From positions 682,001 to 746,000 of the forward strand of contig MU056756.1 in NCBI GenBank assembly GCA_013239625.1: 64,000 bases of DNA, read 5' to 3'. Position numbers and translations under genes: made by a program. Within the stretch, counting starts at the first letter, position 1; each line of letters begins with the position of its first letter. Below, one piece after another: positions 24,601 through 36,600 of this stretch. Source of the stretch: Lama guanicoe (Eukaryota). The notes beneath the pieces were generated by a model. That model did no database searches and was not told the origin of the DNA. It worked only from the letters and a program-made list of their open reading frames with translations.

Positions 24601-27600
24601 AGGTTATCCTTCCTTGAAGGGTGAGGGAGAGAACCTCCTGAGGCGAGGGTCCGGAAGGAGTGTTCCCAGGGCTGCTGGTGTCGGCTGGGGCCATGAGAGC
24701 GGCTTTGCCGAGGGCTGTCTTCCCAGGGGCCTGGGCTCGGGGGCGCTCGGCCGTCTGTGAAAGGTGGTCTCTGCTGCGGCCCGCAGTCCTGTTGGCTTCG
24801 TGTGCCTGGCGTGGGGCTGAGGTGCAGGCCCCACGTGGATGGAGGCCGCCAGCCTGACAGGGTCAGCGGGCACCACCCCTCCACCTGCCCGTAGCCCAGG
24901 CCGGGCTCCGTGTTCCCGGACGCCGTTTCCACGTCGGTGGCTGACAGGTTGTTACAGGTGCTCAGTGTCCTCTCTTCTGGAATCTTGTTTCATGAAACTC
25001 AAGGAGAACCTGCCAGTTCAGGGTAGCCAGCCCAGAGCACCCGTGTTATTAACAAGCTTCCTCCAGGAACTCAGCTCTCTTCTGTCACCAGAGCTACTGC
25101 CACTGGGACGTGAGCAGCCAGCGAAGCTACAGGCGACATGTGTGGCTGAGCCAACAGCCAGGGAGGCAGCTGCGCCAGCGCTCCAGGTTGAAACTGAGAC
25201 TTTCACTGTGGCGCTGGGGTCTCATTTCAGCAGGATGCGTCCCTGGTGGTGTACTGGGGAGAGGGTGAAACCCCCCTGACCTTCGTCCTTGGTGAGCCTG
25301 GTGGATCACACAGAGGCTGGGCTGCGTCGGGCGATAGTCCCGAGCCGCAGGCGCCGTGACTGAGCAGAGACTCTGCCCTCCTGGCCGCCCACCGGGACCC
25401 GAGTCCCCAGACGCACCACCAGCAGGGCCGAGGGGACAGGGCAGGGGTGGCAGGTGCGGGAGGGCCTGCCCAGAGCGGCGCGAGCACAGAGGACCCCCCA
25501 GGGCAGCCTCTGGTCCCTCCTTGTGGGGCAGGTCCTGGGGCCAGGGACCCAAGTGTCCTAGTGTAAAAGCCCCTTTCCAAAACCTGCTGAAACAGCACTC
25601 TGCCTAGTTGAAGAGTCGCCTCACCAGCAGCCCCAGATTTTTGTCAAGAGTTGCCGAGCTGTCCTTGTCGGGGCGGAGGCGGGAGCGTGCCCTGGGGAGC
25701 GGTGGGGCCTCGGTTCGCATCCTTGAGACGGTGGCAGTGATCTAGGGAGGGAGCAGCGCAAGGATTTCCCCCCCCGGGGGGGCTGCAGGAAAGTAGGCCA
25801 GTCTGGAGACTTCAGGATCTTCAGCCCCTGCTTATGCCCCCGTCAGCGCAGCCTGGAACTCAGGTTTCTTTTGCTCTGGTGCTGACTTAAAGGAGTAATT
25901 TTATGCATATCTTGTGCATTTGATCTTTAATGTCCCTGAAGTCTGAAGGCACGGCGGTGCACAGATTGCTCCTGCATTTCTCACTCTTGCTTGGCGTGGG
26001 AGTCTCCAGTCTGGCCAACTGGAGCCGCGTCCGCCTGTCGATGATTCGTGTGACTTACCTCTGCGTTTGTTCTCGAGGGCTGGTGGGCTGGATGCGGGGT
26101 CTCTGTGGCGCGTGGCTCCCAGGGCCCTGGGCGGAGGCCTGGGGTCTGAGCACCGCTCCCCAGACGCTGCTGGAGCCCCTGCGATGTAAGACCGTCTGGA
26201 AGTGCCTGCTGGGAAGAGCGTGTTTGTGAAAGACCGTGTCTCTCTGTAGCTCTCCTGTGACCTAACCCGCTTAAAGGAGCACTATGAGAGAAAGATGCGA
26301 GCCTTGATGGCAAACACGGTGGGAGCGGTAGAGATGCAGCAGCTAAAGCAGAGGCAGGAGCGGAAGGTAGCGTGGCCCCCTCCTCCCGGGCGGTGGTTCT
26401 CACGGCGCGGCCCAGGGAACCCTGGGGCCCCCGGCCGGGCGGCGGGTCCCCCTCCACCCCGGGGCACCCTTGGCCTCTGTCTCTCCCGTCCTCCCGCGTG
26501 TGGCGACACCACATCTGCTGGGCACAGGGTCTGCCGTCTGCGCAGATCCCTCCCAAATGCAAAATGATGCACTTTTTTGTTGTTTTGGAAAATACAGTGA
26601 TTTTTCGTAAGTTTTTTACCTGAGGTAAAATGCAATAGGTTTATTACTTTTTAAATGAGTATTAATAAAAATGCTCAGTATTTTTCTCAGTTTTAGCTCC
26701 TTACACAGTGAACAGAGAGGAGTAAACCAGGGCAACCAAGCCGCTGGGCGTCTCGGTAGTTTCTCTGGGCTTTTGAGGGGCTCCCGAGACCAGAGCTGAG
26801 AGCTGCTGGCGCCCGGTGTCTGAGGTGTGTTTTAAAAGGACACTGTCAAGTAACTTGTGCTTCAGTTGCTCTTCCGTCCTGCTGCTGTTTGAATTTGCTC
26901 ACACGTCGAAGGGCACGCAGCTGAAGTGGTGTTCACTCGGGGGCGTCCTCTGTGCCGTCACCTGCCTTGTTCCACGCTTCTCAGCGCAGGAGCGAGACCC
27001 CGGGAGGCACGGTACCTCCCGCAGCTCAGCGTCGGCCCGTTCCCGTCAGGAGTGGTGCCAGGGAGGCGGCAGGTCACTGGTGTCACCTGGAGCCCAGAGC
27101 TGGGTCGTCGGGGGAGGCGTGTGCAGGAGGCCAGCTCAGCAGAAGGGGTCGGATATTCGCACAGATTGGACGGTGGGAGGAGGCATGGGCCCGTGTGGGA
27201 GGCGGTGAGGACTGGGCAGAAATAGGGCTGCAGGAGGAGTGTGTCCCTGGCCGCTGTGTGGTCCGGGCAGCTGCTCCCACTCCCTGGAAGCCGGCATCTT
27301 TATGGCTTCACCTGGAGGCTCCCTGGCCGTTCCTCTGTCCCTAATCTCTGACTCCCCTTGGAGGAGCCTGGACGGGGTCAGGCTGCAGAGCGAGGCCTTG
27401 GAGTCCAGGTCTGGGGTGAGGAGGAGGGGGGTCTGGGTGACTGTGTGGAAGGAAATGACAGGGGGGTGCCTGGTGGCCAAACAGGCAGGGCACACGGGCA
27501 GAGCGAGGGGATGGCTGTGGCTGTGGAGACGGGGAAATGCAGGCTGCGGTCTGAGTGGTCAGCAGGGCAGCCACTTCTGGTTGGAGGGATACAGGAGTCG

Positions 27601-30600
27601 GGATCCAAAGGCAGCTTTGCCGAGTGTAACCTGGAGAAGTTGAGGTGGATCTTCCCTGTGCTGAGTGGTAGCCTCGGTGCACGTGCTTGGGAAGGCCGCC
27701 CGAGGCTCGGGGTCATCCAGGACTTGCAGAAACACTTGGGCTGGAGGTTCCTGGAGGGGCTGCCTGCGCCCGGGGAGTGCTGAGCGCGGCCAAGGGCTCG
27801 GCCCCTGCGTCCACCGGTCACACACTCAGGCTGGACGGCTTGGCTGGCCAAGCACGGTCTGAACCTCGGCCCCCCAGGTTCCCCTCACCTGGTGCCGCTT
27901 TGCACAAATGCACAACCACGTGGTGGGTTCTTCCCGGGTGAGAAGCACCGGTCAAGAGGCCGGTGGAGGGAGGCCAGGCTGAGGGCAAGGTGAGCGCGCA
28001 GCCAGGTGTCGAGAGCCCTCGTCTGGCGGGTGGGGAAGCGCTGCAGACGACAGAAAGGTGCTGGTTTGTCTTTGAGTGGCCATATGGGTTTTCTGTAAAC
28101 GATCCGTTGCTCAGTGGCTAGCACCTCAGGTGTCAGACTTACGAAGGGTGAGAAACGAGGATAAAATTCCAAGCACGTCATCGGAAGCTCTGGGCACAGC
28201 GGCCAGTCTGAGTGTCACCAGCTTAACGGGACCAGGCTGAGTCAGCTCCACGGTGGGCAGTGGTCTTTCTAGTCTCTAGCCTCCGCTGGGCAGGGCGGGG
28301 CGGGGGTCTGCCGCTTCCTCTGCGGGCCGTCCCCCCATCCGAGTCGTGGGACTGGCTCATCAGGTCCGTTCAGTGGGCACGGCCTCTCCGTGTCCTGGGC
28401 AGGCTCCCCGTGGCCCTCAGGACGGACGGCCTGTGAGCCCCTGGGCTGGCCTCCCGGGGGAACTGAGGAGGGCCGGTGGGGAGGGTCCGGGGCCAAGCTG
28501 GGTGGGCGGGGTCTCCAGTGGGTGGTTCTGCTATTCCCTGCGATCTGCCTGCTAACCCCGGGCAGACTGTTTACTTTGCAAACGTGGCTTCTCCAGACTC
28601 GGCTTCTGCAGAGCTCTCGGCAGGTGTTTATAATAAAAGCGAGGACTGACTTTTAAATGCAGCAAGAGACTCCTTTATGTCAAGGAAGGGCTCCGATTTT
28701 AAAGTTTGTTTTTCTTCCTTTTTTTTAACCAGCAAAACCAAACCAAACAGCCCTCCCCCCCTCCCCCAGCACACGTGCACACTCGAAACAGCCAGCAAAG
28801 CTCTGCCAGATCAAAGAGCCAATTTCAGATGGCGTTTCAAGACCAAACTACTTGACAGTATTCTTTTAAAAAATTCGTGGAGAGCAAGGAGATGCTGGTC
28901 GCCGCCCCCCCATCACCTGTCTCCCTTTCCGCAGATGCAGAAGCTCATGAGGGCGGCGAGGGAAGGCACCAAGGACGGGCTGGAGCGGACCAAGGCTGCG
29001 GTGAAGCGGGGCCGCTCCTTCATCAGGACCAAGTCCTTCGTCTCTGCAGGTCCGCAGGCTCGCGCACGGGGTCCCCTGGGTGTCGCCCCCTCCTCAGTCC
29101 TGCATGTGCTGGCGGCGCACGGCCTCCTCCCAGCACATGGGGCAGGGTCTGTGGCCTCGGCTGCAGGTACCTGTGGGCACCAGGCATCTGGGACTTCCTC
29201 CGGGGGGTCCACCAGCTGCAGGAAGTTCACCGACTTCTCGCGGGCGGGGATCCACTTCCCTTTTACCGTCTCCCTCAGCAGCTGGATGCATGGTGCTCCT
29301 TGGGGGACGGGTCCTCCCACCCTCGTCCCCTTGGGTCCCCAGAGACCCCAATCAGGCGTGGATTCTTCGCAGTCTTGTTCATGATGATCATGACGATGCT
29401 GTGTTTACCGCCCGGGGAGGCTGAGGAGGGCAGGCTCAAAGCAGGACTGCAGGGACTTGTTCTGGTGAGAGGCGCCCGGAGTGAGGTCAGAATTGTCAGG
29501 GTTTGTGAAATTTCAGTAAGGGCAGCAGCCCGAGCTGTGTGCGTGTCAGAGGACGGGCCGTCTGGGCCGCGGCTCCGGGCCAAGGATCGCTGGCGTGTGA
29601 GGGCGTTTCGGTGGGCGCCTCGCTAGGCGGTAGGGGAGGCTCTGTGTCACACGGAGGCGCTGTGACTCCGACTGAGTCCTCTAATGGCGCGTTCCTGTGT
29701 TGTTCCTACGAGCTTCTGAGGTGCAAATCCGGTGCCGGCTCAGAGCGGCATTTGCTAATCACGGTGCTTGGAGAGGACTCTGAGACCCTGTGCTTCCTCG
29801 GGGAATGGCCCAGGGAGACCATCTGTAATCGCAGCTGGAACTACCAAGGCCTTTAAAGAAGTGCTAATCCTTGTGCAGTTGTGAGCCTCTTAACACAAGA
29901 CAAGGTTTGTCCGGGGAGCGAGATGGCAGTGAGGTGGCTGCAGCCCGTGTGTTCCGGAGGGGACCCTTTGTGGGGGGGACACAGGCAGAGCCCGAGAAGG
30001 GCAGAGGCTGGGGTTTGGGGCCCTGGTTCCGGGGTCTAGTCACAAGTGCCGACATGGGTCCACCCTAGACCCCTGGAGCAGGATCTGCAGGCGAACGAGG
30101 TCCCTGGGACAGGACGAGGGGCGGGCCTGGGGAGAGTGGGGGAGCGGGAAGGGTCATCCCTGGTTGGCAGCGCGATACACACACCCCAAACCCCGTGGCC
30201 CTGGTTCCCTGAGCTGCGAAACGGGGAGACTGGGCTAACTCGTGGTTCTGGGCCCTGGAGGTGCCCAGGCAGGAACCAGGCGCGCAGGCCCACCGCCGCT
30301 CAGGCCGTCTGCGAGTCTCGAGCGGGGTCTGGACACTGGGACGTTCTGGGTTTTTTTAAAGAGCATAATTTAGAGCAATTTTAGGTTCACAGCAAAACTG
30401 AGTGAGGAGTCCAGAGATGCCCCGTGTCCCCGTCCTCCCCGCACAGCCTCCCCCGCCATCAGCACCCCCTAGACGGTCCACTTGTCACAGCTGTGAGCTT
30501 GTGGACACGTCCCCGTCACCCCGAGCCCGTGGTTTACGCTGGGGGCACTCCTGGTGGTGTCCGTTCTGTGGGTTTGGACAGATGGCACAATGACTTGTGT

Positions 30601-33600
30601 CCACCACGTGGCGTCACAGCGAAAACGCTCTGTGCTCCACTGCTCATCCGTCGCGAACCCCAGCCCCTGACAGCCGCTGATCTTACGTCTCCAGGGTTTT
30701 AGCTTCTCCAGGATGTTCTCACAGTTGGAGTCACACGTGTGGCCTTTTCAGATTGGATTCTTCCGATGAGTCGTGTGCCTTTAAAGTTCTTCCTCGTCTT
30801 TCCATGGCTGGACAGCTCATTTCTCTTGAGCTGAATAGTGTCGCATCGTCTGGATGGTCCTGGTCCGCAGCTTATTTATCCGTTCACCTGCTGAGGGGCG
30901 TCCTGGTTGCATCCACGTTTTGGCAGTTACGGGTAAAAGCACTGGAAACGTGCGTGTGCAGGTTTTCGAGTGGACGTAAGGTTTCAGCTCCTTCGGGAAA
31001 ATCCCCAGGAGCATGACTGCTGGGTCACAGGGTGAGAGCGTGTTTGGTTGTGCAGGGCCCCCCGGACGGTCTCCCAGAGTGGCCGCGCCATCCTGCGCCC
31101 CACGTCCTCAGCAGCACGTGGCGCCGTCGGGGTCCTGAGTCCCAGCCGTTCTCCTTGGTGTGGAGGCGCGGTGGGTTTTGAAAGCTCCCAGGCAGCTTTC
31201 TTCTCTAGGGTTTTGTGTCTTCGAGTGGGGCGGCCTCAGGGTTCTTGTCACCTGAGGACCGCTGTGCGTTTCTGGTTCTCCAGCCTTTTCGTGGATGCTT
31301 TGGATTGTTTAGCTGCATCTAAGTCTTTAGAAATGAGGTTCGCTTTGGCCAGAAGTTTTGACTCTGGGAGAGTGGTTCCTTTTCAGATTTCTGGTGAGGA
31401 GGGCCGACAGCCAGAAAGGTCTCGCTGACCGAGGGTCGGCGCTCAGTCGTTCCTGGCTGCCTGTCTTTGTTCCTGGCTGGCGTTCTGCAGATGAAAAGGC
31501 TGAAATGCGTATTCCTGCTTTACCGTCTAGGTACTCGAATGACGCATCTATCTGGAAGTTACACGCCGAGCATTGAGAATTTCAAACACCGACAGATGCT
31601 GCGCCGCTCTTGCGGGAAGGGAGTTTTCTTGGCTTTGTCTGCCCGAGGCGTCGGCGGCGACCTTGGCTGTGCTGTTAGAAAGGTGCTGTTTCCACGTCCA
31701 ACGAGCACGTTCTGTCTGTCTTTAAGATCACAGGTCCTGTCTGGAGGAGGAGGAGCAGAACGTCTTTATCGACGTGGACTGCAGGCACCCGGAAGCCGTC
31801 CTGACCCCGATGCCTGAAGGCTTATCTCAGCAGCAGGTGGGCGAGCTGGGCTGCTGCTCCGCTTTGTGACTTATTTTTAGCCAGAGCAGCTGGGCTGGCT
31901 GTTCACGTGCCGCTGGGGATCACCTGCTGTCACAAACTCCTGGTCGCTCCATCCACCTGGGCCCCTCCATGGGCCTCTCCTGGTCCAGCAAGGAAGGGGC
32001 TAACCGTGCAGCTGTGGCCTCCGGGGCCTGGTCAGGAGCTGTGTTCTGGGCTCCAGCATCCGGGCCGTAGATTTCGAGTACCACCCCCAGTGTAACCGTG
32101 GAAATGAGTGGAAGGCAGGGGACACCTCAGATAGCCTGTGAGCCCCCCCCCACTTCACCTCGTGTAATCCTTGCACGTCCTCCGGGGAGAGGGGGACGCC
32201 GGGCCCAGAGGAGGTCATGGTCGGGGTGGCCCGTGTGGTGGGGTGGCCCATGAGATGGCGTGGCTGCGTCCAGCTCCTTCCGCATCCTGCGTCCTCCGCC
32301 TCCCGCACGCTCCCGGGTCTGAAATGTGGCCCCCATGCCGGCGGGGACGGGGCTCTGCTGGCCCCGCTCGTGGTTCTGCTTCGTGGCTCATGCACCTGGT
32401 TGAGCCTCACAAGTTTGAAAAGGGAGCTGACTGCTGGAAAATGCCCTCGACCTCGCCGGGGGGCCTCTGGCTGGGACGTGCCCACCTTTGGGGCCCCTGC
32501 AGCCAGGCCCTGTTCTTGGATGACATGGTGTCGTGTGGCACGATGTGCAGCAGAGCCCCCGGGCCGGGAGCACCACGAGGGGGGCCAGCTGTGTGGAGAT
32601 GGGCTCGGATGGGCCGGGAGCACCACGGGGAGGGCCGTGGACGGGGCAGCTGGCCGTGCAGAGATGGGGGCTCGGGTGGGCCAGAGGCACAGTGACCACT
32701 TGGAGTCACTGTCCGAGCCTGGACTTGGGGGCAGTGAGGGGTGGTGAGGGTCGGTCAGGAGACAGTGTTTCGAGCCTGGAGGGCCCTAACAGACACTCAC
32801 GCCTGCTGGTCTGTGGTCTCCCCCAGAGGGCTGGGTGGTAACAGCTAGGACGGGTGTGTCCAGGTCGGGAAAGGTCGCCCCGGAAGGCGTCCACAGACCT
32901 GTTCCGACCCCGGCACTGCGGCACCGGGAGACTCTGGTGGGGCGGGTGGCTCTGTCTGTGTGCTGTCCTCCTCTGTGAAGCGGGGACGCTGTACCCCCTG
33001 CGTCTCCCTTGTGGCGTATCAGGACTCTGACGTGGTGCGGGCCGGGCTCTTCCAGGCACCTCGCAGGCGCCCTCCGCGCGGAGCAGGCGGCAGCTGGGCT
33101 CTGACTTGTGCTTCGGCTTCTGTGCTTGCCCCCCCCAGCTCGCTTCCTCCACCGCGCGGCTCACAGAGGCCACGTCTTTCCCGCTGGTAACTGCCGGTTC
33201 TCACAGGAGTTTCTCTTAAAAGATTAAACCAGGATGTTGACGCTCTTTTTAATTTCTTCCAAAGTTGAAATAAGGCCCCATAACTGTCAGGAAAAGTGCA
33301 GGGTATCTAGCAGTCTTCACGCGCCTATCCAGACAGCCCCCTTTACTTCCTGCGTGGGTGTTCATTTTGAAGCAGCCTTGATGCTGAAGGGCCTCCGGTC
33401 CGGGGACAGGCGGGCTGCTCCCTCCTCCTCCAGCCCCGAGACCCGAGACCTCCACGCTGATGGCTTTGCAGGAGAGCCTGTCCCGGGGCTGAGTTCTCCC
33501 CACAACCTTCGGGTGGGGGTCTCGGAAGACTGAGCCTGGGAACCTGCACTGGGCGCGCTGTCCACCTGCTGACCTGCCTGCAGCGGCCGTGAGATCCCGG

Positions 33601-36600
33601 TAGCTGGCTGGTTTCACTTTGTGTTTTCCAGTTGTCTTCATAGCAGTTCCAGGTCCTTCGACCTAACACATTGGTGTCATCTCAGGACTTTAAATACATT
33701 TAATTCCTAGGTTGGATCCCCCAGCCCCCCAGATACCCTGAGTCCAGACTTGGGGTGGTGTCTGGGACTCTGGGTTTGGGGAGGAGGCGGCCCGGATTTG
33801 ACCGTCTGCAGTGTGGGGCGCATCCCGGTCGTGGGGTCTCACCCTCGTTTCAGAGCGCGGGCCTGTGGGCCGACCGTGCTGGGAGTCAGCCGCAGGAGGG
33901 CGGTGTGTGTGCGCTTGTGTTTTAGTCTTGACAACCCTTTATGTCACTTTCTTCCTCAAGGACCCCAGAAGGGTTGATTTTTGCCTTAATTCTGTGAATG
34001 AAACAGCCTTTCTTGTAAAGAAAGGAGTCGGTCCCTCGGTGTCCGAGCCTGGAGTGGGGACTGGAGGCGTCTCCCGTGGAAGGGGCACCCTCTGCCGCCA
34101 GGGGGCATCGTGGTTCTGAAATGAGTCTCCCCGCCGCGGACTGCGGCCGGGGTGCCTGTGGGTGTGGGTTGGGTTAGGAATTTGTGCCTGCGTGTGCTTC
34201 AGTAACGAGAAGTAAACCCAGTGTTGTCACCATTTGCAATCAAGGATCCCAGACGGTAGAGGACCTTTTGCAGCTGGAAATGGCACGGGTAACTCACTCA
34301 CATGTCCTCAGCCTCGGAGGTGAGCTGTGCCTCCACCTTCCAAAGGCTTTTTTTTTTTTAAAGTAACTTTGGAATGATTTTAGATTAGTGTTACTGACAT
34401 CATTCTCTGAGTCAAGACTGGAACTGTGTATTTTAATACTTAGTGCATCCGCGAAATACTGCGTAACTCCATGCTGGACACTTAAAATGCTATCAATTAA
34501 TTCGGTTCATTGTCACTGGATAAGTGAGTAAAACCGTTATTAATGCTACAACTTAATTCTCCTGCTGTGGTTACAGTTTATAATTTGAGGGTTAAAAATA
34601 CACAACAAAATTGAGGTGATGGGGGAAGTGCATTTGTGCCCAGCGTGGGAGTTAGTTAACACATCATCTAAAATACTTTAAGGCCTTGGGAGGTTTCGCT
34701 GACCTACTGTTTTGAAAACAAAAACTTCTTTATCAACTTGCGTCAACATAGAAGTAAAATTGATCTGTTGTCTTCTGAGGCCGTTTTCAACCATCGTGCT
34801 TTCAAATCCCGACAGGTGGTGAGAAGGTACATTCTGGGCTCCGTGGTCGACAGTGAGAAGAACTATGTGGATGCTCTAAAGAGGATCCTGGAGGTACGGA
34901 AGTGCCTCGCTATGCAGTGCGTTTGTTTTGTTACGTATGTACGTTGACATGTGTGAACCGTAAAGTACTCGTTTGCAGAATTCTCAAAACGGTCTAAGAG
35001 CCGCATGTGTGCTGACCTCAGTGGTGGGGGGACTTGCTTTGCCGTAAGTGTGACTCGCACGGGGGCCTGTCTGCGGCTCTTGGGGGCCGTGCGAGCACCC
35101 GTGCCGTCCCTGCCCCCTCCCAGCAATATGAGAGGCCGCTGTCCGAGATGGAGCCCAAGATGCTGAGCGAGAGGAAGCTGCGGACCGTGTTCTACCGGGT
35201 CAAGGAGGTCCTGCAGTGCCACTGCCTGTTCCAGATGGCGCTGGCCAGCCGCGTGGCCGAGTGGGACTCCGTGGAGATGATCGGAGACGTCTTCGTGGCC
35301 TCGGTAAGCCGGCCCCTTCCATCCCTCCCTGCTGCCTCTCACCTGGAGGTGAGATCGGAGTGCCCACTGTTGGCAGGAAGTTAAGGAAAGATGTCGGTAG
35401 CCGTGTCTTTAGACGTCCGTCGTCAGGACAAGTCCTTAACTGAGACCCGCGGCGCCATGGTTTGGAGCAGGGATGCCAAAGTGCCCTGGGGGCGGCACAG
35501 TGAGAGAACCAGCCATTTAACAACTCCTAGCAAGTTTGTTCAAAGCAAAAAGCGATCACACAGCCTAACAAAGTTTATCCTGTGAGAACGTCGGTGGCTG
35601 AGGGTCGTCGCTGGTGCGGGATTCAGTATTTTGTGACAAGCTCGGGAAGGGGGCGTTTGGACTCTGCGTTGTTTATGCTTCTCAATTTCCTCCTGTATTT
35701 CAGTTTTCCAAGTCCATGGTGCTGGATGCTTACAGTGAATATGTGAATAATTTTAGCACAGCGGTGGCAATCCTTAAGAAAACGTGTGCTACAAAACCTG
35801 CTTTTCTTGAATTTTTAAAGGTAAGCACTTAAAAAAAGTTGGGGGATTTTAATACCTTCTGATAAGAGGTCCCATGTCAGAGTGCTTCCTAATGAAAATT
35901 TCCCAAACCTTTTGCCTCTACAAGTAGAATGTTGTTTATTGTAAAGATTTTAGCACCATCAGGACCCCAGGTCTTGGATCAGTGCTAGAAATAAAGGTGA
36001 ATTTCTAGTGGTAACGTAGCTTTTTGAAAATAACCGTTATTTGCACGTCCTTGGAAGTGTGTGGGTGGCCTTTTGCTTCCGGCCTTCAGCACAGCGCTGG
36101 GGGGAGCAGGGCGTGGCGTTCGGGGTCTGGGTTGGAGGGCTCCGCGGTGCTCTGGGCGTCGGGCAGCGAGGCCGAGCCCCACATGGCTGGTGAGGCTCCT
36201 GGGCTTGGGGCCTCCTCTGATGTTGGGAGCGGGGCGGGGCTGCCCACCCTCTGCACGGCTGAGCGAAGCCTCCGATGGGGAGGTCTGGCCCAGCGCAGGA
36301 TGAGCCCCGGCAGCAGGGAGGGTTCGCCCCCGACATGTGGGGCCCGCTGCTTTCAAGGGCCCTTGCAGCTCTGATTCAGGATTCTGTGACTTTTTGGGGG
36401 GAGAACTGCACTTTTCCTGTGGGTGTAGAACCTCAGAAGCTTACTTAGCCCTCAGAGGGCTGAGATCAGATCCCAAGTGCGAGCACTGTCCAGCAGTCAG
36501 AGGTGGCTCTCAAACCCAGAGTGAAGACCGGGGAAGGCTGTGGCCAGGAGGCCAGGCAGGGCGCCCTGTGGACGCAGGTGCACCCGTGTGCGTGTGAGGT

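Noticed and set aside
29101-29292. RBFOX TGCATG motifs downstream of exon 10 (also at 48681 after exon 22)
   Set aside because: These exons are not frame-symmetric and the hexamer is expected by chance; unsupported without conservation data.
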